Counted from the first letter of the stretch, positions 1-10,880 are shown. The stretch is 64,000 nt of DNA from Leptospirales bacterium (GCA_040326155.1 JBEQLE010000009.1:12399-76398); one strand, 5' to 3'. Notes: generated by a model not told the origin, from the sequence alone. Numbers and translations: made by a program.

Positions 1-168
1 ATATATGCGTTATTTCGCTTTACAATTGAATTCTGGCGAGACGACCCCAGACAATTCTTTCTTACACTTTCAGATGGTCAGTGGTATGCCATTATATCAT
101 TAATGGTAGGGCTTTACCTTCTGGCAACAAAAAAGAACATCTTTAAAAAACCTGCTCTGGCAAACTGA
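1..168 (+). CDS. lgt: Prolipoprotein diacylglyceryl transferase, C-terminal fragment (runs in from the window edge)
   Basis: Manual translation of frame 1: IYALFRFTIEFWRDDPR...DGQWYAIISL...*, matching the Lgt Y-x-x-x-R-F-x-x-E-F-x-R signature; stop TGA at 166-168. Confidence 0.8.
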   Translation: MYALFRFTIEFWRDDPRQFFLTLSDGQWYAIISLMVGLYLLATKKNIFKKPALAN

Positions 169-1524
169 TTACGATTTTTTTCGTACTTCGAGATGAAAGG
201 GAATGTCTTTCCAGTTTAGTTTATTGGCTATTTGCTTTTTTAGAAAACGGAGGATGTTGTCGGGCAGTTTACTCCTGTTTGTAAAGAGAATAAACTTCGA
301 TCTTTTGGCATCGTAGGTTATATAATTCAGTTTTACAGAGTGGGAAACTATAATGGTGTTTGTTTTCAAATCATCGAGTAGTTTATTGGCAGCCGGTGTA
401 CTGATCTTCTGACAGGATTTTTGATACAGACTGATCGCTTTTTGAACCAGGCGTATCGTTTTTTTCCCTTCATGGGCGTTGATGAAAAGGTAGGGAAAGT
501 CCCAGTACTGTTTTTGCAGCTCTTGAATGTTGTCTTCGAGGTGTCCTTTTTGTTCTTCGTCGATCAGATCGGCTTTATTCAAGGCCATTACAATTGGTTT
601 ACTTTCGTCTTGCACCCACTCAATAATATTTCTGTTTTGACGGTCAGCGCCTTCGGTACAGTTCAGAAGGTAGATAACTGCGTCGCATTCGGCAATCGCC
701 TGTTGCGTTCTGGCTACTGAAAATACTTCCACCGAATCTTTTAAGGCAGTTCTTTTTCGCAGACCGGCGGTATCTAAAAGTGTAATATTATATCCATCCA
801 GTTGAAACTGGTCTTCTATGGTGTCGCGAGTCGTTCCGGGACGGTCAAAAACCAGGGCTCGATCTTTTTGCAGGAGGGTATTGAAAAACGTTGATTTGCC
901 GGCATTGGGTTTACCAATAATCGCCAGACGGATTTTGGTTTCATCTATTTCCTCTACTTCATCATTTTCAAGTGTGTCTTCAGATGTCTCGTCGGATGCA
1001 TCGCTTTCAACTACCAGTGAACTTCCCGGTTCAAAATGTTCCTGTATATCTTTTCTGAGGGTAGAAATATTACGGCTGTTCAAGGCTGATATAAAATAGG
1101 TATCCGAAAAACCAAGTTCGTAAAATTCTGCCGCTTCGGCTTCCAGCGCCGGATCGTCCACAAAGTTCACGAGCAACCAGACCGGTTTTTTCATTTTTCG
1201 AAGCAGTTCAGCCAGGCGATGCTCGTAGGGGCTTAACCCTTTTCGATGAACCACCCACAGTAAAAGACTGTACTCATCCAGTTTGGACATAACTCTTTGT
1301 ACGGCTTCTTTTGTCAGCTCATCATCTTGCAGGTTTTTTTCCGTTTCGAGTCCGGGAAAATCGGTTAATTCCCAATCGCCTTTGCCCCAGTCAACAGACT
1401 CAGTTACAAGATCTCGGGTAACTCCCGGTTCATCGAAAGTGATACTTTTTCTTTTAAAAATAAGGGCGTTAAAGAGGGCGCTTTTACCGACGTTTTGCGC
1501 GCCAACGATTCCAATAGAGGGCAT
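169..1524 (-). CDS. der: Ribosome biogenesis double GTPase Der/EngA
   Basis: Two tandem G domains (GAQNVGKS...PGVTRD; GKPNAGKS...PGTTRD...DTAG...NKAD) joined by an acidic linker. Confidence 0.93.
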   Translation of the reverse strand: MPSIGIVGAQNVGKSALFNALIFKRKSITFDEPGVTRDLVTESVDWGKGDWELTDFPGLETEKNLQDDELTKEAVQRVMSKLDEYSLLLWVVHRKGLSPYEHRLAELLRKMKKPVWLLVNFVDDPALEAEAAEFYELGFSDTYFISALNSRNISTLRKDIQEHFEPGSSLVVESDASDETSEDTLENDEVEEIDETKIRLAIIGKPNAGKSTFFNTLLQKDRALVFDRPGTTRDTIEDQFQLDGYNITLLDTAGLRKRTALKDSVEVFSVARTQQAIAECDAVIYLLNCTEGADRQNRNIIEWVQDESKPIVMALNKADLIDEEQKGHLEDNIQELQKQYWDFPYLFINAHEGKKTIRLVQKAISLYQKSCQKISTPAANKLLDDLKTNTIIVSHSVKLNYITYDAKRSKFILFTNRSKLPDNILRFLKKQIANKLNWKDIPFHLEVRKKS

Positions 1525-1607
1525 AATTTACAATATTATAATTTGACACCGTGTAAATGCATTTTAAAAAATTGTCGATCCTCTGAATTGATATAGAGCA
1601 ATGACGT

Positions 1608-3047
1608 ATGAGTAAATCGCTACTAAAAGATATAAGTAAAAAATTACAGAGTAAAGAGATTTCACCGGTTGAACTTCTAAACTCCTACCTTGCCAAAATA
1701 GATAAACACGATGCACAAATCGGGGCCTTTGTCGGTCTTGAAAGAGAGCTCGCTTTGGACGCTGCGAAAAAAGCCGAAAATCGAATTAACTCGGGCGCTT
1801 CGCTTTCTGAATACGACGGTATTCCTGTCGGAATTAAAGATAATATTGTCAAAAAAGGAATGCATAGTTCCTGCTCTTCTAAAATTCTGGAAGGGTATAA
1901 ATCGCCCTATTCAGCGACGGTTATTGAAAAACTGGAAGCCAAAGGTTTTATACCTCTGGGAAGGCTCAATATGGACGAATTTGCCATGGGCTCTTCTACG
2001 GAAAATTCTGCATATAAAGTTACAAAAAATCCATTCGATTTGGAACGCGCTCCGGGAGGTTCTTCCGGTGGATCTGCCGCAGCTGTCGCAGCCGATCTTG
2101 TTCCTGTTGCTCTCGGGTCAGATACCGGTGGTTCCATTCGTCAACCCGCCTCGTTTACCGGAATTACCGGTTTAAAACCGACGTATGGTACAGTTTCTCG
2201 TTATGGTCTTATTGCATTTGCTTCCAGTCTCGACCAGATCGGTCCTTTGTCCCGGTACGCTACCGATTCTCAAATTGTATACGATGCTATTAAAGGACAC
2301 GATCCAAAAGATTCCACCAGTATGACTAACGATTCATACAAAGTGGAAAAAACCGATCTATCGAAAATTAAAATCGGCGTTCCCTGGAAAATGATCGAGA
2401 ATGTCAGTCCTGAAGTGAAAGAGTCCTTTCAAAAAACAGTTGATTTTATACAGTCTGAAGTTTCCAATACTGAAATTCAAGAAATCGATCTTCCCTACCA
2501 TAAATACGCGATTGCCGTATATTACCTGACCGCGACCAGTGAAGCCTCGGCCAATCTGGCTCGTTTTGACGGCGTTCGGTATGGAAACCGGGCCAAAGAT
2601 GTTAAAGATCTGGCCGATCTATACGAACAAACCAGAACACAGGGTTTTGGCGATGAGGTAAAACGAAGAATTCTTCTGGGAACCTACGCTCTTTCGAGTG
2701 GTTATTATGATGCTTTTTACGGAAAAGCTCAAAAAACGAGAAGGCTTATTCGAGACGATTATGTAAATGCCTTTCAAAAAGTTGACCTGATTCTTATGCC
2801 AACAACGCCGAGCGTTCCATTTAAAATTGGCGAAAAAACAAGCAATCCAATAGAAATGTATTTATCAGATGAATTGACAGTAGGGGCGTCGCTTGCGGGA
2901 ATTTCCGCTCTTTCCGTACCCACCCCGTTCAGCAATCTTCCCATCGGAATTCAACTTCAGGGGAATTATTTTTCCGAGAACCTATTGTTCGAAGTCGCCC
3001 ATAAAATTCAAGAAAAGTTTCCAACAACTTATCCGAAATTTGACTAA
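1608..3047 (+). CDS. gatA: Asp-tRNA(Asn)/Glu-tRNA(Gln) amidotransferase subunit A
   Basis: Amidase signature GGSSGGSAAAVA, GSDTGGSIRQPA, and the GatA-specific RFDGVRYG and EVKRRILLGTY. Confidence 0.97.
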   Translation: MSKSLLKDISKKLQSKEISPVELLNSYLAKIDKHDAQIGAFVGLERELALDAAKKAENRINSGASLSEYDGIPVGIKDNIVKKGMHSSCSSKILEGYKSPYSATVIEKLEAKGFIPLGRLNMDEFAMGSSTENSAYKVTKNPFDLERAPGGSSGGSAAAVAADLVPVALGSDTGGSIRQPASFTGITGLKPTYGTVSRYGLIAFASSLDQIGPLSRYATDSQIVYDAIKGHDPKDSTSMTNDSYKVEKTDLSKIKIGVPWKMIENVSPEVKESFQKTVDFIQSEVSNTEIQEIDLPYHKYAIAVYYLTATSEASANLARFDGVRYGNRAKDVKDLADLYEQTRTQGFGDEVKRRILLGTYALSSGYYDAFYGKAQKTRRLIRDDYVNAFQKVDLILMPTTPSVPFKIGEKTSNPIEMYLSDELTVGASLAGISALSVPTPFSNLPIGIQLQGNYFSENLLFEVAHKIQEKFPTTYPKFD

Positions 3048-3073
3048 TTCAGTAAATATTCTAAGGCTGTAAC

Positions 3074-4381
3074 ATGAAAGATAAAATATCCACCAAACCT
3101 TATAGAGGAAGCAGAGATTTTTACCCGGACGAAATGCGTTTTCGTTCCTGGGTATTTGAAAAACTTTCAACCGTTGTGGAATCTTTTGGATTTGAAAAAA
3201 TCGACGCTCCTTTAATTGAACCCATTGAAATCTATCTGGCAAAAACTTCGGAAGAAATTGTCAGTCAGCAAATTTACTCTTTTACCGACCGGGGAGGGCG
3301 CAACGTGGCCATTCGACCCGAAATGACTCCCACCGTTGCTCGCATGGTCGCAGGCAAAATTATGGAATTACCCAAACCGATTCGGTGGTATTCCATACCA
3401 AACCTCTGGCGGTACGAACGTCCAGGCCGGGGTCGCTTGCGAGAACATTGGCAGTTAAACGCTGATATTTTTGGAGCGAAAAACGAAGAACATGTAGATA
3501 TCGAAATAGTACAACTGGCCATCGAACTTCTAAAATCTTTCGGCGCAGACGAAACTCAATTTAAGCTATACCTAAACCACAGGCAAATACTGAACGATGT
3601 TTTCGAGAATATTATCGCTCTAAAACCAGAAATCTGGGCGAATGTTTCTCGTATCATGGACAAAAAAGAGAAAATTTCAGAGCAGGAATACACCGAATTC
3701 TTAACAGAACAAGGTTTAAACGAAACCCAGATCAGTATTCTAAACGAATATATGAACTCAGGTTTAGATTTTATTACCAAAAACAGTGAAAAAATAGGCC
3801 CCTCCGGCGAAGCCTTTCTAAACGTTATTTCCGCTCTTGAAAAACTGGGATACCAAAAATACATTGAGTATAACCCCGGCGTTGTTCGAGGTTTCGATTA
3901 TTACACAGGCCTTGTTTTTGAAGTTTTCGATTCACACCCCGACAACGCTCGATCACTTTTCGGGGGAGGCCGGTACGACAACCTTGTCGGTACATTTTCC
4001 AAACAAAGCATTAATGCTGTTGGCTTTGGCATGGGCGACGTTACGTTTGCTGAATTCTTAAAACTACACAATTTAATTCCCGAAACCAATCGAAAAACCC
4101 AGATCTACTTCGCCTCGTTTGCAGAAAAAGAGCTGCGAATTGAATCGCTGAAACTGGCCATGGACCTGCGCAACAAAGGTTATTTCGTAGAAAACTGTTC
4201 CGGAGACAAAAAACTTACCCGTCAGTTCGAAGAAGCTAACGCAAAATCCATTCCCGTCGTTTTACTACAAGGCGAACAGGAAGTTCAAGATAAAACTATC
4301 GCCATTAAAAACATGTCAACAGGCGAACAAACCACCGTTCCTATCGAAACTCTTGAAAACGAGTTAGAAAAAATATTTTAG
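3074..4381 (+). CDS. hisS: Histidine--tRNA ligase
   Basis: RPEMT, WRYERPGRGRLREHWQ, RGFDYYTG and GGGRYD motifs; C-terminal anticodon-binding domain. Confidence 0.96.
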   Translation: MKDKISTKPYRGSRDFYPDEMRFRSWVFEKLSTVVESFGFEKIDAPLIEPIEIYLAKTSEEIVSQQIYSFTDRGGRNVAIRPEMTPTVARMVAGKIMELPKPIRWYSIPNLWRYERPGRGRLREHWQLNADIFGAKNEEHVDIEIVQLAIELLKSFGADETQFKLYLNHRQILNDVFENIIALKPEIWANVSRIMDKKEKISEQEYTEFLTEQGLNETQISILNEYMNSGLDFITKNSEKIGPSGEAFLNVISALEKLGYQKYIEYNPGVVRGFDYYTGLVFEVFDSHPDNARSLFGGGRYDNLVGTFSKQSINAVGFGMGDVTFAEFLKLHNLIPETNRKTQIYFASFAEKELRIESLKLAMDLRNKGYFVENCSGDKKLTRQFEEANAKSIPVVLLQGEQEVQDKTIAIKNMSTGEQTTVPIETLENELEKIF

Positions 4382-4394
4382 AAACTAACTTTCC

Positions 4395-4883
4395 TTACGG
4401 ATACGCCTGAATCGTAATTTTCTCTTTCGCCTTTTCGGCCGATATTACAGCAAAAATATTTCCATCGGGCCAATCCTTTGGAATAAGTAAATCATTACGA
4501 TAAATAGCCGAGCCGGTCGAACTAAGTTCCCTGGATTCTTCAAATAGTACTTCGTTGTTTGGGCCTTTAATAACCCATGATACAGATACAGGAACGCCAA
4601 TACCAGCGATATCTTCCATATCAACAATGATTTTCAGTTCACAGCTGCTTTCTTCGCAAGAAGCCGAAAGCGTCCAGTTTTTCCACTCGATATTTTCAAT
4701 ATCCTCTTCCCCCGAATTAAAACTGCCTTTGGTTATATATACAAAAAGTATTGCCAGCAAAACCAATAAAAACACATCTAGCAATAACAATTTACGTCCG
4801 CCACTTAAACGAGTTTGTCTTTTCTGGTCGTCATCTTTATGGTCCTTTATAAATTCCTTCGGTGATTTGCTGTGATATTTCAT
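4395..4883 (-). CDS. Hypothetical single-pass membrane protein
   Basis: 162-aa ORF with one hydrophobic segment; 4-nt overlap with the upstream nnr gene. Confidence 0.7.
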   Translation of the reverse strand: MKYHSKSPKEFIKDHKDDDQKRQTRLSGGRKLLLLDVFLLVLLAILFVYITKGSFNSGEEDIENIEWKNWTLSASCEESSCELKIIVDMEDIAGIGVPVSVSWVIKGPNNEVLFEESRELSSTGSAIYRNDLLIPKDWPDGNIFAVISAEKAKEKITIQAYP

Positions 4884-6469
4884 ATGCCTTCCTTCCAGGT
4901 TTTTCTTAATTGATCCATTAAATCAGACGGTTGCAAAAAATCTTTTTTTAACACAGACACTGTCCCATCAGATTTTTTACCTATTGTTTCGGTAAAATCG
5001 TTAGCTGCTTTCAAATACAAATGTAAACCAGCTTCTATACCTTTTTTATAACCCATTCGCAAAATAGAGTTTGCTAAAACTCCGGTAAGTACATCCCCGG
5101 TTCCGCCGACAGCAAGTTCAAAATGTTTAGAATTCACATAGATCTCTTCGCGATCATCAGCAAAAATTAAAAGACCACCGGGCCCTTTTAAATACACATT
5201 TGCATTATACTCTTTTGAAATATTCAAAGCTGCTTCTCGAATATTGGTAACCTCTTTCAATAATAACTTTCTGGCTTCCTCTTTATGTGGTGTAAGAGTT
5301 AAAGAAACAAGTGAGTGGTTTTGTAAAATACTTTTAACTTTGGAAAGCTTAGAAAGAGCTGAACCATCAATTATTATATGAAGATTCTCTAAATTGCAAA
5401 TTCGATTCCAAAATTCAAGTGATACCTCTTCACGCAAACCGGGTCCAATAATCAACACTTGCTCTCTTTTTTTTCCCTCTATAATATTTAATACTTTATC
5501 TTCAGCCTCCGATATCGTAGAAACGGAAGAAACCATGTATTCAGGTGACTCATTTAATACATTTGAAATTACGGGTGAAGTCGAAACAATTCGCATCAAA
5601 CCACCACCAAGAGCGCCGAAAGCGCGAGCGGCCATAATGGCTGCGCCTTCCATTTCAGAACTACCCCCAAACACCGTTACAATACCGGACGAATATTTAT
5701 GAGAACCTTGCTTCCGCATTGGAATCATAGGAACCATAGAAACCATAGGAATCTCATTTAGAAAACGCCGGGCAGGGTGGTTCATCGGAAAAAAACCAAT
5801 GGGAAACAGATGGACATTTCCAGAATACATTATACCAGGCTCCAACAAATGGCCAATTTTATACGAACCGAAAGTATATGTATAATGAGCATCAAAAACG
5901 GTATGGTTAAAAACATCACCACCAGCAAAAACTCCACTGGAAATATCCACAGCAATTCGAATAATATCCGAAAGACCATTCAACGAAGAAAAAACAGTTT
6001 GCAGCAAAGCGGAAGGTTCTTTATTTAAACCAGAGCCAAATAAAGCATCAATGACTACATCATTTTTTTGCAAAACCACATCCATGTTTTCCGAAAAATT
6101 ATCGATAGTTCGACATTCAATTTCTCGAATATCTTTTAAAGATAAACAAAGCTCACAATAATAAACCGAATCTTCCGTAACCGGAGGTTTCAACTGCCAG
6201 ATAATCGCTTTTTTATTAAATGCCGATAAAATATGCCAGAGAATAACATATCCATCCCCGCCATTATTACCCGGTCCCGCTAACAGATGAATCGTTTCAG
6301 CCCTGCGAAAAAAAGAACTGTTTAAAAGATGTAAAAATACGCTGTATCCGGCCCAACCCATAAGCAGACGCGACTCAACTCCTTTTTTTTGAATAGAGAA
6401 ATCGTCCCAGGCTTGAGCTTCGGTATGATTTAATATTGGAAATTCATTTGTATTAATATTTAATGCCAT
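4880..6469 (-). CDS. nnr: Bifunctional NAD(P)H-hydrate epimerase/dehydratase
   Basis: YjeF_N motifs GPGNNGGDG and DALFGSG; ribokinase-like C-terminal motifs SHKYSSG, IGPGL, LTPH, GTGDVLTG. Confidence 0.92.
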   Translation of the reverse strand: MALNINTNEFPILNHTEAQAWDDFSIQKKGVESRLLMGWAGYSVFLHLLNSSFFRRAETIHLLAGPGNNGGDGYVILWHILSAFNKKAIIWQLKPPVTEDSVYYCELCLSLKDIREIECRTIDNFSENMDVVLQKNDVVIDALFGSGLNKEPSALLQTVFSSLNGLSDIIRIAVDISSGVFAGGDVFNHTVFDAHYTYTFGSYKIGHLLEPGIMYSGNVHLFPIGFFPMNHPARRFLNEIPMVSMVPMIPMRKQGSHKYSSGIVTVFGGSSEMEGAAIMAARAFGALGGGLMRIVSTSPVISNVLNESPEYMVSSVSTISEAEDKVLNIIEGKKREQVLIIGPGLREEVSLEFWNRICNLENLHIIIDGSALSKLSKVKSILQNHSLVSLTLTPHKEEARKLLLKEVTNIREAALNISKEYNANVYLKGPGGLLIFADDREEIYVNSKHFELAVGGTGDVLTGVLANSILRMGYKKGIEAGLHLYLKAANDFTETIGKKSDGTVSVLKKDFLQPSDLMDQLRKTWKEGI

Positions 6470-7578
6470 TCGTAAACTTCAAAAGTACGATTAAACACTC
6501 GTATTCCGATAATATTTCCCGATAAAGTTGCGTATAAAGAGCGCCAGTTTGGCCGTTTACCAAATAATTCAACTTGTAGACTTTTTGTAATATCGCCTTC
6601 ACTCGTATAAATACCAAGACGAATTTTGGAAGGGTCCAGAGTTCTCCAGATAAAAAGATTGTTCCCATTGGGTATATATGGATAATCTTCGGGGTCATTT
6701 AATTTTTCAAATACGACACTTTTTGCAGTAGATGTATAGTTAAATAGAACAAACTTTCGATATAAAAATGCATAATTGGATTTATCCGACTTTTTATTAG
6801 ATATTTTTTCAACTTTACCAACCATTAAAATTTCCTCGCCATTTTCAACCGGGTACATCAATTCACAACCGGAAAGAGTATTGCCCGTAGAATTTTCAAT
6901 CTGATCTGCAAATAAAACACGTTCACAATCTTTCTGAGACAGCGAAACGATATTCTCGCCATCGGAATATCGATCAAGTTGTAATTCTCCCAGGTGACGA
7001 TGCAGCACCCATAAATTATTTTCTGAATCTATATCCATCCAGGAAATCGACTCAAAAGGAAGTTCCTCTTTGCCTTCACGTCCAATAAGATCCAGCATAT
7101 TACCTTTCACATCATATTGAATAATTTTATAAAAACCAATTCCTTCTTCATCCTGCTGGTCACGCTCTGCGGGAGAATAGTTGAGAACATAAAAATCATC
7201 ATTATTACCCGCAATGATCATTCCAGGAATATCAAGATTTGAACTTGAAATAACTTCCACAGAATTTTCATTTCCTACAGCAGCAAATTCGTTCTCATCA
7301 ACGACAACATTTTCATTATGAATAACCACAGAAAGGTTTTCACCTTTAAAAATTTTTATCCTCTTTTTTCGTGTTTCCGAAACAATAAGCCAATCGCCGG
7401 AAATTCCAATGCGCGAAGGAATTCCATGGTAAATACCATGGTGTCTGGGAAAATCTAAAGACTCTGGTTCTTCACCAATTGGTATGGCGAATACACGTTC
7501 AGGTTCAAGTTTGGTTACTTTAAAGCGAGAACAATATAGACTGGAAAAAATCAATAATAATAGAGTAAATTTCTTCAT
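6460..7578 (-). CDS. Probable lipoprotein with beta-propeller-like content (resembles a Leptospira LIC_12708-type family, from memory)
   Basis: Likely start MKKF at 7578 (ATGA overlap with upstream stop); spirochaetal lipobox LIFSSLYC. Confidence 0.6.
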   Translation of the reverse strand: MKKFTLLLLIFSSLYCSRFKVTKLEPERVFAIPIGEEPESLDFPRHHGIYHGIPSRIGISGDWLIVSETRKKRIKIFKGENLSVVIHNENVVVDENEFAAVGNENSVEVISSSNLDIPGMIIAGNNDDFYVLNYSPAERDQQDEEGIGFYKIIQYDVKGNMLDLIGREGKEELPFESISWMDIDSENNLWVLHRHLGELQLDRYSDGENIVSLSQKDCERVLFADQIENSTGNTLSGCELMYPVENGEEILMVGKVEKISNKKSDKSNYAFLYRKFVLFNYTSTAKSVVFEKLNDPEDYPYIPNGNNLFIWRTLDPSKIRLGIYTSEGDITKSLQVELFGKRPNWRSLYATLSGNIIGIRVFNRTFEVYEWH

Positions 7579-8558
7579 GAAAACCAACCTTTGTTTACTT
7601 TATGATTTTTTGGTAACATCTCGGACTGGTATTTAAAATCAAGAAAAAATTCATTTAAAAATGAGAAAATATAATGAATTACCTTATCACGAATTTGTTC
7701 ATGTGTCATTAATTCATGTCGTGTAGACACTTTATCTTCAATTTCAAACATATAAGCTCTTTTTTCCATCGATCCGAGTTTACGAAAAATATAATGCATA
7801 TTTTCTGAGTTCACTGTCCAGTCATTGGATGCATGAATTAAGCACACCGGAACCTTAATATCTTTTAAATATTTTTTTACTTTACCAATATTAGTTCGAA
7901 AAGAATGCAATGGAGGCAGGGAATACGCTTCATTATAAGATACTGTAGGGTTCATTATATCAGCTGAAACTACATCCCTTTTTTTAGAAACGGGAGGTAA
8001 AATATATTTACCAATTCCGGTAAACATTAATCGCCAATCTCGCATAAAAATAGATTGATTTAAAATACCGTTCAATTGAACCGGCGAAGAAATTAAAACA
8101 AGAGCGGAAGGGGCAACGGTGTCTTTATATTGAATTGCAAGTCTCAACGCAAGATTTCCACCCAGTGAAAAACCCACAATAAAAAAGTTTTTATATTTAG
8201 GTCTTTCTCGAACATAAATACGCCGCACCGCTTCATACCAATGTTCATAACGAGTTTTAGACAACTCCACTAAAGACGTTCCGTGACCAGGCAAAAGTGG
8301 GCAAAGTACCGAATGATCTTTCGCTTTTAATATATCTCCAATTTGACGAAGGCTGTATGGTGAAGACTCGTATCCATGAATAAGCAAAAAAGCAGAATCC
8401 GACTGACCTTCAAAAAAAAAAGGTTCTGCTCCTTTTAAAAGAGAATCTTTTGGTGGGGGGTCTTGAAAATCATCAGAATTAATTGTTTCGGCAAAACCGT
8501 GCCAGCTGAAATACCCGATTATGGCAACAATAATACCGACGATTATTAAATATATCAT
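7575..8558 (-). CDS. Membrane-anchored alpha/beta hydrolase (carboxylesterase-like)
   Basis: LIHGY oxyanion motif, LPGHG, GFSLGG nucleophile elbow; N-terminal TM segment. Confidence 0.88.
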   Translation of the reverse strand: MIYLIIVGIIVAIIGYFSWHGFAETINSDDFQDPPPKDSLLKGAEPFFFEGQSDSAFLLIHGYESSPYSLRQIGDILKAKDHSVLCPLLPGHGTSLVELSKTRYEHWYEAVRRIYVRERPKYKNFFIVGFSLGGNLALRLAIQYKDTVAPSALVLISSPVQLNGILNQSIFMRDWRLMFTGIGKYILPPVSKKRDVVSADIMNPTVSYNEAYSLPPLHSFRTNIGKVKKYLKDIKVPVCLIHASNDWTVNSENMHYIFRKLGSMEKRAYMFEIEDKVSTRHELMTHEQIRDKVIHYIFSFLNEFFLDFKYQSEMLPKNHKVNKGWFS

Positions 8559-9991
8559 TTCTTGATTTTTTCCAAAAGCAATTTATTCACCATCTGGGGA
8601 TTAGCCTTACCTTTCGATTTTTTCATAATTTGCCCGACAAGAAACCCGATCGCACGATCTTTTCCATCCAGATAAGATTGCACCGAATCAGGATTTTCTG
8701 CAATAGCTTCGTTAACAAACTTTTCAATTTCCCCTGTGTCTACTATTTGAACCAACCCTTTTTCTTCAATGATTTTTTTAGGATTCTTCTCCGTTTCAAT
8801 CATTTCCTGAAAAACAGTTTTGGCAATCTTTCCGGAAATTGTACCAGATTCAATTTCACCAATTAATTCAGCAAGATAATCGGGAGAAAAAAGTTCATCG
8901 AGTTCACAAAAACGTTCCCCGGTTATAGCCATCATTTCGGCCATAATCCAATTCGAAGCTTTTTTTGCGGGAGCGCCCAATTTAACAACTTTCTCAAAAT
9001 AGTCTGAAGATTTTCTTTTAACAGTCAATACGCCAGCATCATATGGCGGTAAACTATATTCTTTTGTAAAACGAACTTTCTTTTCATGCGCAAGTTCAGG
9101 AAGATTATTCTTTAATTCTTCAATCTTTTCAGGTGTTAAATGAACCATCACAAGATCGGGTTCTGGAAAATAGCGATAATCATGAGCTTCTTCTTTAGAA
9201 CGCATAGACTCAGTTTGCAAAAGAGTGGCATTCCAAAGACGGGTTTCTTGAACCACTTTTTCGCCAGAGTCAAGTATATCCGTTTGGCGTAATATTTCAT
9301 GTTCAATAGCAGCCCTAATTGCTTTAAATGAATTTAAGTTTTTAATTTCAGCGCGTGTACCAAGTTTTTCAGTTCCTTCCGGTCGAATGGAAATATTGGC
9401 ATCTGCGCGTAAAGAGCCTTGTTCCATATTACAATCAGAAATTTCAATATATTCCATAATACTTTTAAGCTTTTCAAGATATAAAACAGCCTCATCCGCA
9501 TTATCAATTTCAGGTTCCGATACAATTTCACAAAGAGGGGTTCCAGCTCGATTCAAATCAACATAACTTTCTTGAATGGAGGAATTTTCCGAATGCATTA
9601 ACTTGCCGGCATCTTCTTCTATATGAATTCTGGTAACTCCGATTGTTTTAACCGTTCCATCTTTCTTTTCAATATCAATTTTTCCATGTTCACAATAAGG
9701 AATTTCAAATTGAGTTATCTGATACGCTTTGGGCGAATCTGGATAAAAATAGTTTTTTCGATCAAATCGAGACTTAGCATTAATATTAGCTTCTATGGCA
9801 AGTCCGGCCTGAACTGCCTTTAATAGAACAGATTCATTGAAGACAGGAAGGGCGCCAGGTAGTCCCAGGCAAACAGGACAAGTATTTGAATTTGGGGGGT
9901 CCCCGAAGGAGGTTTTACACCCGCAAAAAACTTTAGATTTGGTATTCAATTGTACGTGAACTTCCAATCCAATGGTTGGTATATACGACAT
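8555..9991 (-). CDS. gatB: Asp-tRNA(Asn)/Glu-tRNA(Gln) amidotransferase subunit B
   Basis: IGLEVHVQL, RKNYFYPD, EEDAGK and DYRYFPEPDL motifs; start moved to MSYIPTIG (ATG 9991). Confidence 0.97.
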   Translation of the reverse strand: MSYIPTIGLEVHVQLNTKSKVFCGCKTSFGDPPNSNTCPVCLGLPGALPVFNESVLLKAVQAGLAIEANINAKSRFDRKNYFYPDSPKAYQITQFEIPYCEHGKIDIEKKDGTVKTIGVTRIHIEEDAGKLMHSENSSIQESYVDLNRAGTPLCEIVSEPEIDNADEAVLYLEKLKSIMEYIEISDCNMEQGSLRADANISIRPEGTEKLGTRAEIKNLNSFKAIRAAIEHEILRQTDILDSGEKVVQETRLWNATLLQTESMRSKEEAHDYRYFPEPDLVMVHLTPEKIEELKNNLPELAHEKKVRFTKEYSLPPYDAGVLTVKRKSSDYFEKVVKLGAPAKKASNWIMAEMMAITGERFCELDELFSPDYLAELIGEIESGTISGKIAKTVFQEMIETEKNPKKIIEEKGLVQIVDTGEIEKFVNEAIAENPDSVQSYLDGKDRAIGFLVGQIMKKSKGKANPQMVNKLLLEKIKK

Positions 9992-10153
9992 AAACCAGGC
10001 TTCATCTAAGAAATACAATGTCAAAAGATTTTGCATAATCTGGTCAGAACCGGTAAATTTCAATAAAAAATAAAAAAAAGTTAACAATTCCTAAATAAGT
10101 GAAAATAATAACGAATTTTGCACATTATAGTTAATACAAAGCAAAGGATCCAT

Positions 10154-10840
10154 ATGCCACTATATTTAAAAAGCAGCTCAAATATTAAAATTTTAGAATT
10201 ACCGCTAAAAGAAAGACCAAGAGAAAAAATACGTAATAAAGGTATTGAATCATTAACGAATCGAGAATTAATAGCGACAATTTTAGGTAAAGGTACAAAA
10301 AAGAATTCCGTTATGAATATGGCAAATCTAATAACCAATATTATTGAAAAACATGGAATAGACGATCTAATTCATAATCTTGCTGGAATTCATGGCCTGG
10401 GCGAGGCAAAAATATTTACCCTTTGCGCATGTTTTGAATTTTCACGTAGATTTTTTAAACCAGATAAACACATAATTCATCATCCTGAAGATATTTTCCA
10501 TTGGGTAAAAGAATATTCAAAACAAAAACAGGAGTATTTTATTGTGTTTAGTTTAAACGGCGCAAACGAAATTTTAATGAGAAGAATTGTTACCATTGGT
10601 TTATTAAATAGTTCGCAAATACACCCTAGAGAAGTTTTTGCAGATCCGATTACAGATCGAGCGGCAGCAATTATTCTGGCCCATAATCATCCTTCAGGAA
10701 TTTCTGAAGCCAGTCCAGAAGATATTCAGATAACGCAAAAACTTAAAGCAGCTGGCGATATTCTAGGTATTCCAATTTTAGATCATATTATATTTTCACA
10801 AACAGGGTTTTCAAGCATGTTGGAAGAAGGTTTAATGTAA
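10154..10840 (+). CDS. radC: RadC family JAB-domain protein
   Basis: ERPREK N-terminal motif, HPREVF, AHNHPSG...S.ED...DHII; ATG at 10154 preferred over TTG at 10118. Confidence 0.93.
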   Translation: MPLYLKSSSNIKILELPLKERPREKIRNKGIESLTNRELIATILGKGTKKNSVMNMANLITNIIEKHGIDDLIHNLAGIHGLGEAKIFTLCACFEFSRRFFKPDKHIIHHPEDIFHWVKEYSKQKQEYFIVFSLNGANEILMRRIVTIGLLNSSQIHPREVFADPITDRAAAIILAHNHPSGISEASPEDIQITQKLKAAGDILGIPILDHIIFSQTGFSSMLEEGLM

Positions 10841-10880
10841 AATATAATGTAATTTAAATGTAGTTATACTTTCATTATTA

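Noticed and set aside
10154..10840. radC as a marker of an integrative or mobile element
   Set aside because: It is the full-length chromosomal type with the N-terminal ERPREK domain; no integrase or transfer genes nearby.
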